Below the pieces are notes generated by a model, which did no database searches, had not been told where the DNA came from, and saw nothing but the letters and a program-made list of their open reading frames with translations. Shown here piece after piece: positions 8,422 through 19,006 of a stretch of DNA of 64,000 bases; position 1 is the first letter of the stretch; every line of letters begins with the position of its first letter. The stretch comes from Candidatus Krumholzibacteriia bacterium (GTDB lineage: Bacteria > Krumholzibacteriota > Krumholzibacteriia > JAJRXK01), in the NCBI GenBank assembly GCA_041484665.1, contig JBGPIA010000010.1, forward strand, positions 1 to 64,000, in the 5' to 3' direction. The translations under genes and the position numbers were made by a program.

Positions 8422-11339
8422 TTGTAGCTCACCCCCGTATAGAAGGTACGCGGATCGGTGCGGAAGGAAGGATCCACCACGTCCTCCACGTACCAGGAGT
8501 TGTTCACCGAGAGCGCGCCGTTGTTCTGCCGCTGCACCGCCATGCTGCCATCCCAGTTGCCGCGGTTGTAGCCCTCGCCAGTCCAGGGGTTGACCTTGCG
8601 CAGGTTGTCGTGGTCGAAGAGGTTGTGCACCTCCAGAAAGAACGTCAGGCGCTGCCGCGAGGTGATGTCGAAGTTCTTGTTGAGCTTGAGGTCCAGCGAG
8701 CTGCGATAGGGCCCCAGCTGGCCGTAGGTGTCCGGGCTGCTCTGCACGCTGATCGAGTTCACCGACTGCCGGAGCAGCAGCTCCGTGTAGCGCGCGCCCG
8801 ACCACGCGCGGTAGAGCAGGTTCGCGCTCCAATTGGGCGGCATCGTCCAGCCGAAGAGCTGCGGGTGGTCCCGCCGCCCCACGTCGTAGTCGAGGTTGAA
8901 GGTGATGGACCAGGGCCGGTCCCACAGGAGCGGCACGCGGCGGATCCCCTGCTCGCTCTGGTAGTTGGGGTTGGCCTGGCCGAGCTGCGCGGCGACGAAG
9001 CTGGCGTTGGCGTCGCTGTTGGTGCCGGTGCTGCGCTCCAGATCCACCGACAGACTCCCGCTCAAGCGGCCTGTGGTGCGCTTGGTGAGCGACATCTCCA
9101 CGCCCACCGAGCGCGCCGCGTCCGCGTTGAAATAGCGCACCGGGCTCACCGTGACCGGGGCCAGGTCGTTGGGATCGGGGGTGCGCTCCGGATCGATGGT
9201 GAACTGGTCCAGCGCCGTGGCCTGGGCGTAGCCGTAGATGTCGTTGGAGTAGAAGGTAAGCTCGACGCTCCAGAGCCGCTCGAACTCGTGCTGCACGCCG
9301 GTCTCGAACTGCACCGTGACCTTGGGGTCGAGGTCGGGATTGCCCAGCAGCTGCAGCCCGGTGGCGAAGCGCGTCTCGAGCTGAGGGTAGACGTAGTTGT
9401 AGCGCGGCCACTGGTTGAAATGCCCGTAGTTGAAGAACACCTTGTCGTGCTCCGATACCGGGAAACTCACCCCGACGCGCGGGCTGAGGCGCGCCTTCCA
9501 GCGACGTCCGAAGAATGGGTAGGTCTTGCTGCGGTAGCTGGTCACGTCCTGCGGGAAGATGAACACGTAATCCTGCGCGTGGTCCATCACGTAGTCCACC
9601 TCGCGCCCCGGCGCCCAGCCGTCCAGGCGCAGCCCCACGTTCATCACCAGTCCGCGGTAGACGATCTTGTCCTGGAAGTAGGCGTCCCCGACCAGCGGGT
9701 GGACGCGGAAGATGTCCTCGTTGTTGGCGAGGAAGCCGGAGGGCGGGCTGCCCAGGCGCCCCTGCAGGTCGACCAGCTGCATCTCGTTGGCCGAGAACTC
9801 GAAACCGGTCTTGAACTGGTTGGACCCCAGCCCCAGCCAGGCGTAGTCGGCCTTGGCCGTGTAGATCTCCGTATAGTGGTCGTGCCAGCGGTCATCGTCG
9901 CCGCCCAGATACGCCCCGGCCACGAACGGGGCCCCCCCCACCTGTCCCTCGTGCTCGTTGCGGATCGGCCCGACGTACGTGGTGAAGTCGTCGTTGCCGT
10001 TCTTGTTGGAGTGCAGCCGGCTGAACTGGCGGCCGAGATTGATCTCGTAGTAGCTGTTCTCGCCCAGCACGTGCCGCCAAGTGAGCTGTGTCAGGATGTT
10101 CTGGGTCGTGAACACGTTGTAGCCGTTGAGGGCGTTCTGCCACTTCTTGGGGAACCCCTCGCCGGGCAGCAGGTAGCCCAGGCTGATCTCCTGCTGGTTG
10201 GTGTAGGTGAAGTTGAGCTTGTGGGTGGCATCGAAATTCCAGGTGAGCTTCGCCAGCCCACTCCACTCGTTGTTGGCGCTCGGCGACCAGAAGGTGCCGG
10301 GCACCACTGGCGAGCGCAACGGCTGGGTCAGCGAGGCGGTCGGCAGATAGGTATCGGTCAGATCGGCGCTGCCGCTCACGATGAACGATTGCTCGCCGGG
10401 CAGCTTGATCCCCGCTTGCTCGAGCGCCTTGGTGATGGGGTTGGGGCCGGAGAGCGTCGCGCGCCACGTCTTGGAGTTGTAGTCGTTGCCCGGCGGCGCC
10501 CAGGCGTCGTTCTTGTAGGACACCTTCCCCTCGACGCGGTCGCTACCCTCCTTTGTGGTGATGTTCACGACGCCGCTGACGGCCTGCCCGTACTCCGCGG
10601 AGAAGCCGCCGGTGAGCACCTCGATCTCGTTGATCAGGTCCTCGTTGAAGCTGACGCCGTAGCCGGCGCCGCCGAGGGGATCCTGCACCTGCAGTCCGTC
10701 GACCACGAACGACGTGTCCTCGGCGCGGCCGCCGCGCACGTGGATCTCGTTGTTCTCGAGGCTGACGCCCGACTGCAGCGCGACCAGCCCCACCACGTCG
10801 TCGGTGGGCAGCGCCTCGATCTGCTCGCGCGTCACGCGACGGGTGGTGCCGGTGCGCTCGATCTCCAGCATCTTGCGCTCGGCCTTGATCTCGATGCCCT
10901 CGGTGCGGATCGCCTGCGGCGAGAGCGAGAAATCGACCGTCTTCACCTCGCCGGGGCCGACCGTGACGGTCATCACGCCGGTGGCGTAGCTGATATAGGT
11001 GGCCTTGACCGTGTACGTGCCCGGCGGCAGGCCGCGCAGCCAGAAGCGCCCGTCGGTCATGGCCATCGTCCCGATGCTCGCGCCGACGATGTAGATGTTG
11101 GTATAGCTGAGCGGCTCGTCGCGGTCGGCGGCCATCACCGTGCCTCGGATAACGGCCGGAGCAGACGGGTCGGGCATGGAGCCAGCGGTGGTCTGGCTTG
11201 CGGTGCCCGCGCTTGCGGGGGGCGCGGCGGCGCCCTGCGCCCGGCCGATCCCGGGAGCCAGGCCGGCGCCGGCCGTAACGACTGCGGCGGCGAGCAGCAG
11301 CACTAGCAGTGAAGCGGGCGCGCGCCGCTGCCGGCTCAT
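8415..11339 (-). CDS. TonB-dependent receptor with N-terminal carboxypeptidase-regulatory-like domain
   Basis: IHVRGGR, GGFSAEYGQAVSGVVNITTKEG plug, SPRVGVSFPVS, GNPDLDP, C-terminal aromatic residue; ATG overlaps the upstream TGA. Confidence 0.95.
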   Translation of the reverse strand: MSRQRRAPASLLVLLLAAAVVTAGAGLAPGIGRAQGAAAPPASAGTASQTTAGSMPDPSAPAVIRGTVMAADRDEPLSYTNIYIVGASIGTMAMTDGRFWLRGLPPGTYTVKATYISYATGVMTVTVGPGEVKTVDFSLSPQAIRTEGIEIKAERKMLEIERTGTTRRVTREQIEALPTDDVVGLVALQSGVSLENNEIHVRGGRAEDTSFVVDGLQVQDPLGGAGYGVSFNEDLINEIEVLTGGFSAEYGQAVSGVVNITTKEGSDRVEGKVSYKNDAWAPPGNDYNSKTWRATLSGPNPITKALEQAGIKLPGEQSFIVSGSADLTDTYLPTASLTQPLRSPVVPGTFWSPSANNEWSGLAKLTWNFDATHKLNFTYTNQQEISLGYLLPGEGFPKKWQNALNGYNVFTTQNILTQLTWRHVLGENSYYEINLGRQFSRLHSNKNGNDDFTTYVGPIRNEHEGQVGGAPFVAGAYLGGDDDRWHDHYTEIYTAKADYAWLGLGSNQFKTGFEFSANEMQLVDLQGRLGSPPSGFLANNEDIFRVHPLVGDAYFQDKIVYRGLVMNVGLRLDGWAPGREVDYVMDHAQDYVFIFPQDVTSYRSKTYPFFGRRWKARLSPRVGVSFPVSEHDKVFFNYGHFNQWPRYNYVYPQLETRFATGLQLLGNPDLDPKVTVQFETGVQHEFERLWSVELTFYSNDIYGYAQATALDQFTIDPERTPDPNDLAPVTVSPVRYFNADAARSVGVEMSLTKRTTGRLSGSLSVDLERSTGTNSDANASFVAAQLGQANPNYQSEQGIRRVPLLWDRPWSITFNLDYDVGRRDHPQLFGWTMPPNWSANLLYRAWSGARYTELLLRQSVNSISVQSSPDTYGQLGPYRSSLDLKLNKNFDITSRQRLTFFLEVHNLFDHDNLRKVNPWTGEGYNRGNWDGSMAVQRQNNGALSVNNSWYVEDVVDPSFRTDPRTFYTGVSYKW

Positions 11340-13048
11340 GGCCCTCCGATCTGCAGGTCCTGCTGGATGAGCGCGCGCAGCGCGTCGAAGGCATTGCTCG
11401 AGGCGTTGGCCCACTCCAGCTGGAAGGCGAACAGGACCACGTCGGCGCGGCCGGTGGCCGGCCGACGCACAGCCAACAGCGGCGCGCAGCCTGGCGCAAG
11501 GCGGCAGGCGTTGTCACTGGGGGCCCACAGGGTCGTGCGCTCGAAGCGGTAGAGCGGCCCGGTCCCTGCCTTGGCCACCAGGCCGTAGAGTCCCGAGTAG
11601 CGCCCGGCCCCACCGAAATAGTTCTGGCCGGCCGACACCAGGTTGGGCAGCGCAGCCTCCTGCGCGGCGATGTCCAGGGTGCCGATCGCGGCTTCCATGG
11701 CACTGTTGTAGACGGCGAGCTGCGAGCGCGGCTCCGAGAGATTGTCTTCGATGCCAAGGACGTTGGCGCGAAAGCTCGACGACAGACCGGTGTTCCCGAA
11801 GACCTGCGAATCCTCCAGCAACAGACGGCCATGCTGCACGCCGGGCGTGTCCGGGTCCTGATCCTGCGTCAGATAGTCCGTCAGGATGGACTGCGACCGC
11901 CTTAGATTGACGCTGAAGGGCGAATTGCTCGTGTACCACACCAAGAGCGGGAACTGGGAGAACGTCAGCCGGATATCCGCGTCACGGGTGGGAAGGCCCC
12001 CGCCGATGTCCCACACGCTGTAATCGCCACCGGTGACGCTCTGCATGGCGTCGCGGTAGAACGCGTCGCGGCTGTCGTGGATGCAGTCGTCGATCAGAAG
12101 GATCTGGCCGCGCACCTCGTTCACGGTCCAGCCGTAGGTGAAGATGCCCGGCGCTCCTGCCTCGTCGAAGATGCGCACGAAGAGGTGCTGGGGGCTGCCG
12201 GCAGGAATCTTGCGCAGCGCGAGCGAAATCGAAGTCGGCGCGGTGTCCAGCCGCACCCAGCCCAGCGCGGGATCGGCCGCGGGATCGCCCGGTTGGAAGA
12301 CGACCTGCGGATCGCTTCCGTCGTAACGATAGTCGACCAGGTGTTGCAGCGTCTCGTCGCCGTCGTCGTCGAATCCCACGAGCTCGAAGCTCGCCGCGCC
12401 AAAGGAAGACACCGGCGGTTTGAAGTTGAGCCGCAGCACGATCGACGGCGGGAAGTTGCGCAAGGGGAAGATGGTCTTGGCGGTGTCGCTGAGCGCCCCG
12501 CGGTCGTCCTGCGCCACGACGTAGAGGGTGGGCCATACGCGGCCCGCGATGTTGGTGCGGTAGGTGGCGGTGCTCTCGTCGTGGGTGGTGAACACCCAGC
12601 TGGTGGGGGAACTATTGCTGTCACCGATCGCGACGTGGAACCCCACGATGAAGCCGTCTCGGTCCGTACCAGACCAGTAGAAGGTCTGGTGGTTGTAGGA
12701 CTCCGATCCTGTGATCACCGGGCTGGGGACCGAGATGCTCGCCACCGGGCGTGTGTTGGAGAAGGAGGCCGGGTTGAAGGGCTTGTTGGTGCAGCTGGCC
12801 AGCGACAGCGCCAGCGCCACGCCGACCAGGGCGGCCGCCACGGTGGCCGCGGCGCAAGCTGCTGCACCGGCCGGGGCGGTTGCACCGGGCGAGGTGGCTG
12901 CACCGGCCGGGGCGGCTGCACCGGGCGAAGCGGCTGCACCGGTCAGGGGGGCTGCACCGACCGCAGCCCGCACGAGCTCGCGCCACGCCGGGGGGGCCCC
13001 CGTGTGGACCGATCGAGAGCCTGTCGTGTGCGAAGGGTGCAAGCGCAT
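11336..13048 (-). CDS. Large hypothetical lipoprotein (Ig-like repeats plus alpha/beta domain)
   Basis: Lipobox LASC; repeated GxDxDG motifs; stop coupled to the TBDR start; start uncertain. Confidence 0.75.
   Translation of the reverse strand: MRLHPSHTTGSRSVHTGAPPAWRELVRAAVGAAPLTGAAASPGAAAPAGAATSPGATAPAGAAACAAATVAAALVGVALALSLASCTNKPFNPASFSNTRPVASISVPSPVITGSESYNHQTFYWSGTDRDGFIVGFHVAIGDSNSSPTSWVFTTHDESTATYRTNIAGRVWPTLYVVAQDDRGALSDTAKTIFPLRNFPPSIVLRLNFKPPVSSFGAASFELVGFDDDGDETLQHLVDYRYDGSDPQVVFQPGDPAADPALGWVRLDTAPTSISLALRKIPAGSPQHLFVRIFDEAGAPGIFTYGWTVNEVRGQILLIDDCIHDSRDAFYRDAMQSVTGGDYSVWDIGGGLPTRDADIRLTFSQFPLLVWYTSNSPFSVNLRRSQSILTDYLTQDQDPDTPGVQHGRLLLEDSQVFGNTGLSSSFRANVLGIEDNLSEPRSQLAVYNSAMEAAIGTLDIAAQEAALPNLVSAGQNYFGGAGRYSGLYGLVAKAGTGPLYRFERTTLWAPSDNACRLAPGCAPLLAVRRPATGRADVVLFAFQLEWANASSNAFDALRALIQQDLQIGGP
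12861..12960. repeat. ~5.5 x 18-bp tandem repeat (GCTGCACCGGCCGGGGCG) just before the lipoprotein signal h-region
   Basis: Units start at 12861, 12879, 12897, 12915, 12933 and 12951. Confidence 0.85.
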
Positions 13049-13210
13049 CGTCCGGCCTGGGGTGTGGCGAATCCGCGCTGGAATCCGCGGCCGGAAGTCT
13101 ACTACGCGGCGCCGGATTCCTGCTACACCGCGCACCGGCGGGCGCGCGCGTTCATGCCCCGGCACCACCCCGCTGGGCGGCGGAGTGACCGGCCTGCTAT
13201 GCTTGGGGCC

Positions 13211-14032
13211 GTGAGCGCGCACACCCCTGCAACCCCCGCACGCCCCGCGTCGCCCGCCCCAACCGCGATCGTGGCGTCCGTCCCGCCCGCTCCAGCCGCG
13301 ATCGTGGCGCCCGTCGCGCCCGCTCCAACCGCGATCGTGGCGTCCGTCCCGCCCACGGCCGAGGCGGCCTCGCCACCTCCGACCACACCCACCACGGCGG
13401 CCGTGGTGATCTCGCTCGAAGTGGCCCGCGCCAGCGTCCCGCTGCGCTCTGGCACCAGCGATCGCTGGTGCGCGGTTGCGCTCCTGGACCTGCAGACCCT
13501 GCTGGACGACCACGCCCAGTGCGAGCTCAAGGCCGCGAGCTCTGCCCTCTCGCTGATCGCTCGCAATCCGGAGCGCGAGGAGCTCGTGCACCGCATGATG
13601 GCGCTCGCCCGCGAGGAGCTGCTGCACTATCGCCAGGTACGCGACGTGATGCGGCGGCGGGGCCTGCAGGCACGGCGCCCGCAACGCTCACCGTACCTGG
13701 CGGGCCTCACCGCGTCGACCGGCGGCGGGGAGCCCTTGCTGGCAGCGCTTGTGACCTGCGCGGTGATCGAGGCGCGCAGCTGCGAGCGCTTCGTGGCCCT
13801 GGGTGCAGCCCTGGCAACCAGCGCCGTCCCCGGCGGGCTGGAGCTGTCCAGTCTCTACGCGGGCCTCGCCCGCAGCGAGAGCGGGCACGCCCACGTCTTC
13901 GTCGAGCTGGCGGAGCTCTACTTCTCGCGCGAGGCCGTCGCGCGCGAGCTGGAGCGGCGGGTGGAGAGCGAGGCGCAGGTGCTGACCGCCATCCCCGTCA
14001 GCGCCCGAATGCACGGGGGCAACGGCCCCTAG
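13211..14032 (+). CDS. miaE: tRNA-(ms2io6A)-hydroxylase
   Basis: DHAQCELKAA, AREELLHY, IEARSCERF and SESGH di-iron motifs; start uncertain (repeat-rich N-terminus). Confidence 0.88.
   Translation: MSAHTPATPARPASPAPTAIVASVPPAPAAIVAPVAPAPTAIVASVPPTAEAASPPPTTPTTAAVVISLEVARASVPLRSGTSDRWCAVALLDLQTLLDDHAQCELKAASSALSLIARNPEREELVHRMMALAREELLHYRQVRDVMRRRGLQARRPQRSPYLAGLTASTGGGEPLLAALVTCAVIEARSCERFVALGAALATSAVPGGLELSSLYAGLARSESGHAHVFVELAELYFSREAVARELERRVESEAQVLTAIPVSARMHGGNGP
13261..13354. repeat. 3 x 33-bp tandem repeat in the 5' part of miaE
   Basis: AACCGCGATCGTGGCGTCCGTCCCGCCCGCTCC-like units start at 13261, 13294 and 13327. Confidence 0.85.
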
Positions 14033-14140
14033 GGCGCGCGGCCGCCCTCGCTTGCGGGCCGGGTCCGCATCGGTCACAATCGCCGCAGGCGCAGGCACGC
14101 AGCGCTCGCCGACCCAGCACACCGCCAAGGACGTGATTCC

Positions 14141-15316
14141 ATGGATGCCATCAGCCTCGACGATCTGATGTCCATCGACCACCTGCTCTCCGATGAGGAG
14201 CGCCTGGCCCGCGACGTCACACGCCGCTTCGTGCGCGAGCGCTACCTGCCCCAGGCCGGCGAGCTGTTCGAGCAGGCACGTTTCCCGAAGGATCTGGTCC
14301 CCGAGATCGCCGACCTGGGCCTGTTCGGTGGGAATCTGCAGGGATACGGCTGCGCGGGCATGAACAACGTGGCCTACGGCCTGGCGACCGAGGAGCTGGA
14401 GTACGGCGACTCGGGCCTGCGCAGCTTCGTGTCCGTGCAGGGCGCGCTGTGCATGTACCCCATCCATCGCTGGGGCAGCGACCCCCAGAAGCAGAAGTAC
14501 CTGCCCAAGATGGCGGCGGGCCAGCTGATCGGATGCTTCGGCCTCACCGAGCCCAACGCGGGCAGCGACCCGGGCGCGATGACCACCATGGCGCGCAGCG
14601 TCGACGGCGGCTACGTGCTCAACGGCGCCAAGATGTGGATCACCAACAGCTCGATCGCCAATCTGGCAATCGTCTGGGCAAAGCTCGACGGCGACAAACA
14701 GGAGAACATCCGCGGCTTCATCGTCGAGGCGGGTACGCCGGGCTACAGCGCTCCCGAGCAGCACCACAAGATGTCGCTGCGCGCCTCCGTCACCGGCGAG
14801 ATCGGGCTGTTGGACTGCCGCGTGCCCAAGGACGCCCTGTTGCCGGGGACCAAGGGGCTGGGCAGCGCGCTGGGCTGCCTGAACCAGGCTCGCTTCGGGA
14901 TCGCGTTCGGTGCCCTGGGTGCCGCGCGCGCCTGCTTCAACGAGGCCCTGACGTACGCCCAGGGGCGCGTCGCGTTCGGCAAGCCCGTCGCCGGCAAGCA
15001 GCTGATCCAGAAGCCGCTGGTGGACATTGCGACGCAGATCACCCTGGGCCAGCTCGCCGTCCTCCACTACGCGCGCATCAAGGATCAGGGCAAGCTGCAG
15101 CCGTACCAAGTGAGCCTGGTCAAGCGCAACAACGTTGCCATCGCGCTGGAGGCCGCGCGCACCTGCCGCTGGATCCTCGGCGCCAACGGCATTACGACCG
15201 ACTATGCGGCGATCCGCCACGCGCTGAATCTGGAGTCGGTGTACACCTACGAGGGCACCCACGAGGTGCATACGCTGATCATGGGGCGGGCGCTGACGGG
15301 GCTGGACGCGTTCTGA
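14141..15316 (+). CDS. gcdH: Glutaryl-CoA dehydrogenase (acyl-CoA dehydrogenase family)
   Basis: GCFGLTEPNAGSDP, LNGAKMWITN, SLRASVTG, LESVYTYEGTHEVH. Confidence 0.88.
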   Translation: MDAISLDDLMSIDHLLSDEERLARDVTRRFVRERYLPQAGELFEQARFPKDLVPEIADLGLFGGNLQGYGCAGMNNVAYGLATEELEYGDSGLRSFVSVQGALCMYPIHRWGSDPQKQKYLPKMAAGQLIGCFGLTEPNAGSDPGAMTTMARSVDGGYVLNGAKMWITNSSIANLAIVWAKLDGDKQENIRGFIVEAGTPGYSAPEQHHKMSLRASVTGEIGLLDCRVPKDALLPGTKGLGSALGCLNQARFGIAFGALGAARACFNEALTYAQGRVAFGKPVAGKQLIQKPLVDIATQITLGQLAVLHYARIKDQGKLQPYQVSLVKRNNVAIALEAARTCRWILGANGITTDYAAIRHALNLESVYTYEGTHEVHTLIMGRALTGLDAF

Positions 15317-15443
15317 GTGCCGGCACGCCGTCGTTGTGTCTCGTGCAGTGACGGCACGCCAAGCAAGGTCATGCGCCGCGCCGACATCGGCCGGTGATCG
15401 GCTCTAGGTGCGGCGCGGCTCGACCTGGACCCGGAGTCTCCCC

Positions 15444-16433
15444 GTGTCGCAGAGGACACACAGCCTGGTCCTCGCGCTCTCGCTGGCCGCCGGCCCGCTG
15501 GCCCTCGCTGACAGCGATCCCCGCGGCTGGCCGGTGCGCTTCAGCGAGGTCTATCGCTACCAGCGGGCGCAGGTCGGTCAGATCGCCCTCTCCTGGGACG
15601 GCTTGAAGGCCCGGGAGTTCTTCCTCGTCCTGCAGGGCCAGAGCTCGTTCGATGCGACGCTGACCCGCGACCGTGATGGATCGATCCTCTACGGCGGGCG
15701 CCGTGCCTCGCACTACGAGGCCCTGATCCCTTGGGGCCAGGACGAGGTCGCTCACCTGACCCTGACGGGACGCCGCGACGAGGGTATCGTCATCACGCTG
15801 AGTCTGGCGACCAATCCTGCGCAGGATGGTCTGGTGGTCTATCGCTTCCACGTGAACCGTTTCCTGCGGCTCTACGAGCAAAAGAACCTGCCCAAGGCGA
15901 AGGCGGCCTTGGAGCGGGCGATGGAGGAGGATCCCTCCGACAGCCTGGCCGCGCTGCTGTGGCGTCACCTATGGCGGGACGAGGGACTCACCGCGCCTCC
16001 CATGAAGGTGTGGACCGAGGAGCAGGAGCGGCTGTTGTGGTTGCGCGTCGCTGAGGGCCAGCGCATCTCGCAGCTGCGAAGCCAGGTCCAGGAGGCGCTC
16101 GCGGCCGCCAGACCCGACTCGGCCCAAGCGCTCCTGCGCGCTGCGGGCGAATTCCAGACGCGCCCTGGACAACTGGGCCGCTCGCTTCTGGAGGGAACCG
16201 TCGCGATCCAGGCGCGCGAGTTCGGCGCGGCGATCGTCGCGCTCAACGATGCCCTGGGCTACGCCGACACGCCCGTCGACCGCTTCCAGGCGTATCGTCT
16301 GCTGGTCGCCGCGAATCGCGCGATCGGCAACGACGCCCAGGCCCGCCTGATCGTCGAGCTGGCCATCCGCGACGCGCCAGACCCGCAGACCCGCTCGGAG
16401 GCCGAGTCGTGGCGGGGTGAGGGCCAGCCGTAG
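15444..16433 (+). CDS. Hypothetical exported protein with TPR-like helical C-terminus
   Basis: GGAG RBS plus GTG; signal peptide; AKAALERAMEEDP-type helical repeats. Confidence 0.65.
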   Translation: MSQRTHSLVLALSLAAGPLALADSDPRGWPVRFSEVYRYQRAQVGQIALSWDGLKAREFFLVLQGQSSFDATLTRDRDGSILYGGRRASHYEALIPWGQDEVAHLTLTGRRDEGIVITLSLATNPAQDGLVVYRFHVNRFLRLYEQKNLPKAKAALERAMEEDPSDSLAALLWRHLWRDEGLTAPPMKVWTEEQERLLWLRVAEGQRISQLRSQVQEALAAARPDSAQALLRAAGEFQTRPGQLGRSLLEGTVAIQAREFGAAIVALNDALGYADTPVDRFQAYRLLVAANRAIGNDAQARLIVELAIRDAPDPQTRSEAESWRGEGQP

Positions 16434-16503
16434 GACGCGCGGCGAGGGGCCGGTGCGGACCGGCGTTGCGAATGGGCTCGCGCAGGCGCTCTTGGCGTGC
16501 GCG

Positions 16504-17928
16504 TCAGTCGACCAGCGCCCGCCCGCGCGTCTCCACCACCCAGGGCATGGCGAGCAGCCCCGCCAGCGGCACCAGGCCGACCCAGAACAGAGCCGCCAGG
16601 GCGCTCTGGAGCGAGTCGGCCCCGCGCGCGGCGACGCTGCCCACGAGGAACGGTCCGACCGCCGCGATCACACGGCCGATGTTGTAGCAGAAGCCAGCGC
16701 CGGTGCCCCTCAGTCGCGTGGGGAACAACTCAGGCAGGTAATACGTGAAGCTGCCGAACACCCCGAACACCGTCAGGCCGATCGGGAAGTACATGAAGAG
16801 GCGGACCCGCGGATCGAGGTGCAGGCCGAAGGCAGCCATGATGGCCGCGGCGGAGGCCAGGAAGTAGAGCGTGAACATCCGACGGCGACCGAGGTGCTTG
16901 GAGGCCGGCACCGTCAGCAGCGTTCCGATCAGGCCTCCCAGATTGAACCAGTTGGTGGCGGCGGCCTTCCAGCTCTCGGCCAACGCGTTGGCGGCCGTCT
17001 TGTCCAGCCCCTGCAGCCGCGCCGTGGCCTGGGCCAGACCCACCGACACCGTGGGGATGAAGGCGTTGCAGCTCCACCACATGAGCAGCGCCGTCACCGC
17101 CATGCTGAAACCGCTGATCGTCAACTTCCGGTACTGCGGCGTGAACAGCTCGCGCAGGCGCGGCGGCTTCGCGTGGGCGGCTGCCTTCTTCCAGCGCTCG
17201 GGCTCCTTGAGGAAGATCCGCACCACGAACGCTACCGCGGCGGGCACCAGGCCGAACAGGAAGACGTAGCGCCAGGACACCTCCGGGTGTTCCCGGAAAT
17301 GCACGCCGGCGATCTGATAGGTCACGAAGGTGGCGAGGAACAGACCGAGCGGCGCCGACGTGTAGAGGAGCGCACCAGCCTCCACCCGCCGCTTCTCCGG
17401 CACGACCTCCGCCACCATGCTCGCGCCGGCCGCCCACTCGCCACCGATGCCGAGGCTGGACACGATGCGGCAGAGCATCAGCACCCAGATGTTGGGCGCC
17501 GCGGCACAGGCAGCTGTCCCGAGCGAGTAGAGCGCCATCGTCATGAGCAGCGTTCGCGTGCGGCCCAGCTTGTCGGCGATGCGCCCGAAGACGGTGCCGC
17601 CCACTGCCCAGCCCAACAGCAGCATCGAGGTCAGGATGCCGCCCCACCGCAGCGTGGCCGACCGGGCTTCCGGGCTCCCCAGGGGGATTCCCAGCAGGGT
17701 GGGCACGCAGTTCGGCGCCACATAATTGAAGAGGAGACCGTCGAACACGTCGAAGCCCCAGCCCAGCCAGGCCGCGAAGAGGACCAGCCATTGGTAGGCG
17801 TTCATGTCCAGGAGCATTCGCCCGGGGGAGGACGGTCCGGCGGACGGGCGTCCGGACGGCGGCCCGGCGTCGGTTCGTGGCAGGCCGGAGCTGTTCCGGG
17901 ATCTCCCCGCGCTCTTCCGTGGTCCCAC
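16504..17928 (-). CDS. MFS transporter
   Basis: GWGFDVFD, GRIADKLGR, GIGGEWAAG, YLPELFPTRLR; GAGGAGG RBS before GTG 17928 (alternative ATG at 17817). Confidence 0.92.
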   Translation of the reverse strand: MGPRKSAGRSRNSSGLPRTDAGPPSGRPSAGPSSPGRMLLDMNAYQWLVLFAAWLGWGFDVFDGLLFNYVAPNCVPTLLGIPLGSPEARSATLRWGGILTSMLLLGWAVGGTVFGRIADKLGRTRTLLMTMALYSLGTAACAAAPNIWVLMLCRIVSSLGIGGEWAAGASMVAEVVPEKRRVEAGALLYTSAPLGLFLATFVTYQIAGVHFREHPEVSWRYVFLFGLVPAAVAFVVRIFLKEPERWKKAAAHAKPPRLRELFTPQYRKLTISGFSMAVTALLMWWSCNAFIPTVSVGLAQATARLQGLDKTAANALAESWKAAATNWFNLGGLIGTLLTVPASKHLGRRRMFTLYFLASAAAIMAAFGLHLDPRVRLFMYFPIGLTVFGVFGSFTYYLPELFPTRLRGTGAGFCYNIGRVIAAVGPFLVGSVAARGADSLQSALAALFWVGLVPLAGLLAMPWVVETRGRALVD

Positions 17929-18148
17929 GGCGTCCTCCTCGCACGAGCCCGTCTCGCTCCATCTTCGGGCGCTCATACTGCAACAACCGCCCGGCACGCG
18001 GAAGCCGCGGATTCTGGGGTGGGGGAGCTTCTCGCTGGGTTTGGACCCTGCGTGCCGAAGCGGCACGGCGAGGCGCAACGCCGGGCCCGGACCGGCTCCA
18101 CGGCGTGCGGGTCCCTTCGTCGTCCACGCTAGCTTGCACGGATGCGGC

Positions 18149-19006
18149 TTACGGAGCGCCAGATGCGCGAAGCGGTGGCAGCTCGCGCAGGGCGGTCTCC
18201 CGCCGCAGGCCGTGCGGCCCCCGGGCAATGACTCGCACAAGGGCGTGCTGCCCGCGGGGGGCGGTGCCGAGCTCGTCTGGGCGGATGTCGGCACCGGTGG
18301 CAGACGCGGAGCGCTCCAGCAGCAATGTGCCTGAGATCGACAGCACGCGGACTGCATAGCGATCGGCCTGCGGGACCGCTTCCCAGCGCAGGCGCCATCC
18401 CTGTTCCGGCAGCGCCTCGATCCTCAGGTCCCAAGCAGGGGCCATCCCCAGCGAACGCACCTGGCCGCTGGGCAGCAGCGCGGTGGAGTCTCGCAGCTGC
18501 TGCCAGACGCCCAATGCCGCCGCGCCCACCGACGCCGCGATCAGCCAACCGACCGCCTGGCGGCGGCCGATGAGCGGTCGCCAGCGGACGCGTGCGCGGC
18601 GCAGCGGCGCGACGCCGGAGGTGGCCGCGGGAGCCGGGGTGGCAGGCGCGGCGTAGGCGGCCGGCACGGTTCGGGCGGCCGGCGCGGCAGGCGTCTTGGG
18701 AATCGCGGGCGCGGTCGGCGTCTTGGGAGTCGCGGGCGCGGTGGGCTGGTGCGGGGTGGCTACGGCGCGCAATCGCTGCGCGACCTGCTCGAGGAAGCGC
18801 TCCCGCAAGCGCCGCTGCAGGCTGTCGGGCAGCGGCTCATCGCGGGCGTCGACGAACGCCCGGGCCAACGCCAGCTCGGCCTGGCACACCCCGCAGCCGC
18901 AGAGGTGCCCGCGCGCCTGCACCGCCAATGCGCCGTCGAGCTCTCCAGCACACAGCTGGTAGAGCGTCGCCAGATCCGGGTGCGCCATCGTTTCTTCTGC
19001 CGTCAT
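18149..19006 (-). CDS. zf-HC2 (ZAS) anti-sigma-factor-like membrane protein
   Basis: HLCGCGVC fits HxxxCxxC; single TM helix; GGAGG RBS. Confidence 0.75.
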   Translation of the reverse strand: MTAEETMAHPDLATLYQLCAGELDGALAVQARGHLCGCGVCQAELALARAFVDARDEPLPDSLQRRLRERFLEQVAQRLRAVATPHQPTAPATPKTPTAPAIPKTPAAPAARTVPAAYAAPATPAPAATSGVAPLRRARVRWRPLIGRRQAVGWLIAASVGAAALGVWQQLRDSTALLPSGQVRSLGMAPAWDLRIEALPEQGWRLRWEAVPQADRYAVRVLSISGTLLLERSASATGADIRPDELGTAPRGQHALVRVIARGPHGLRRETALRELPPLRASGAP

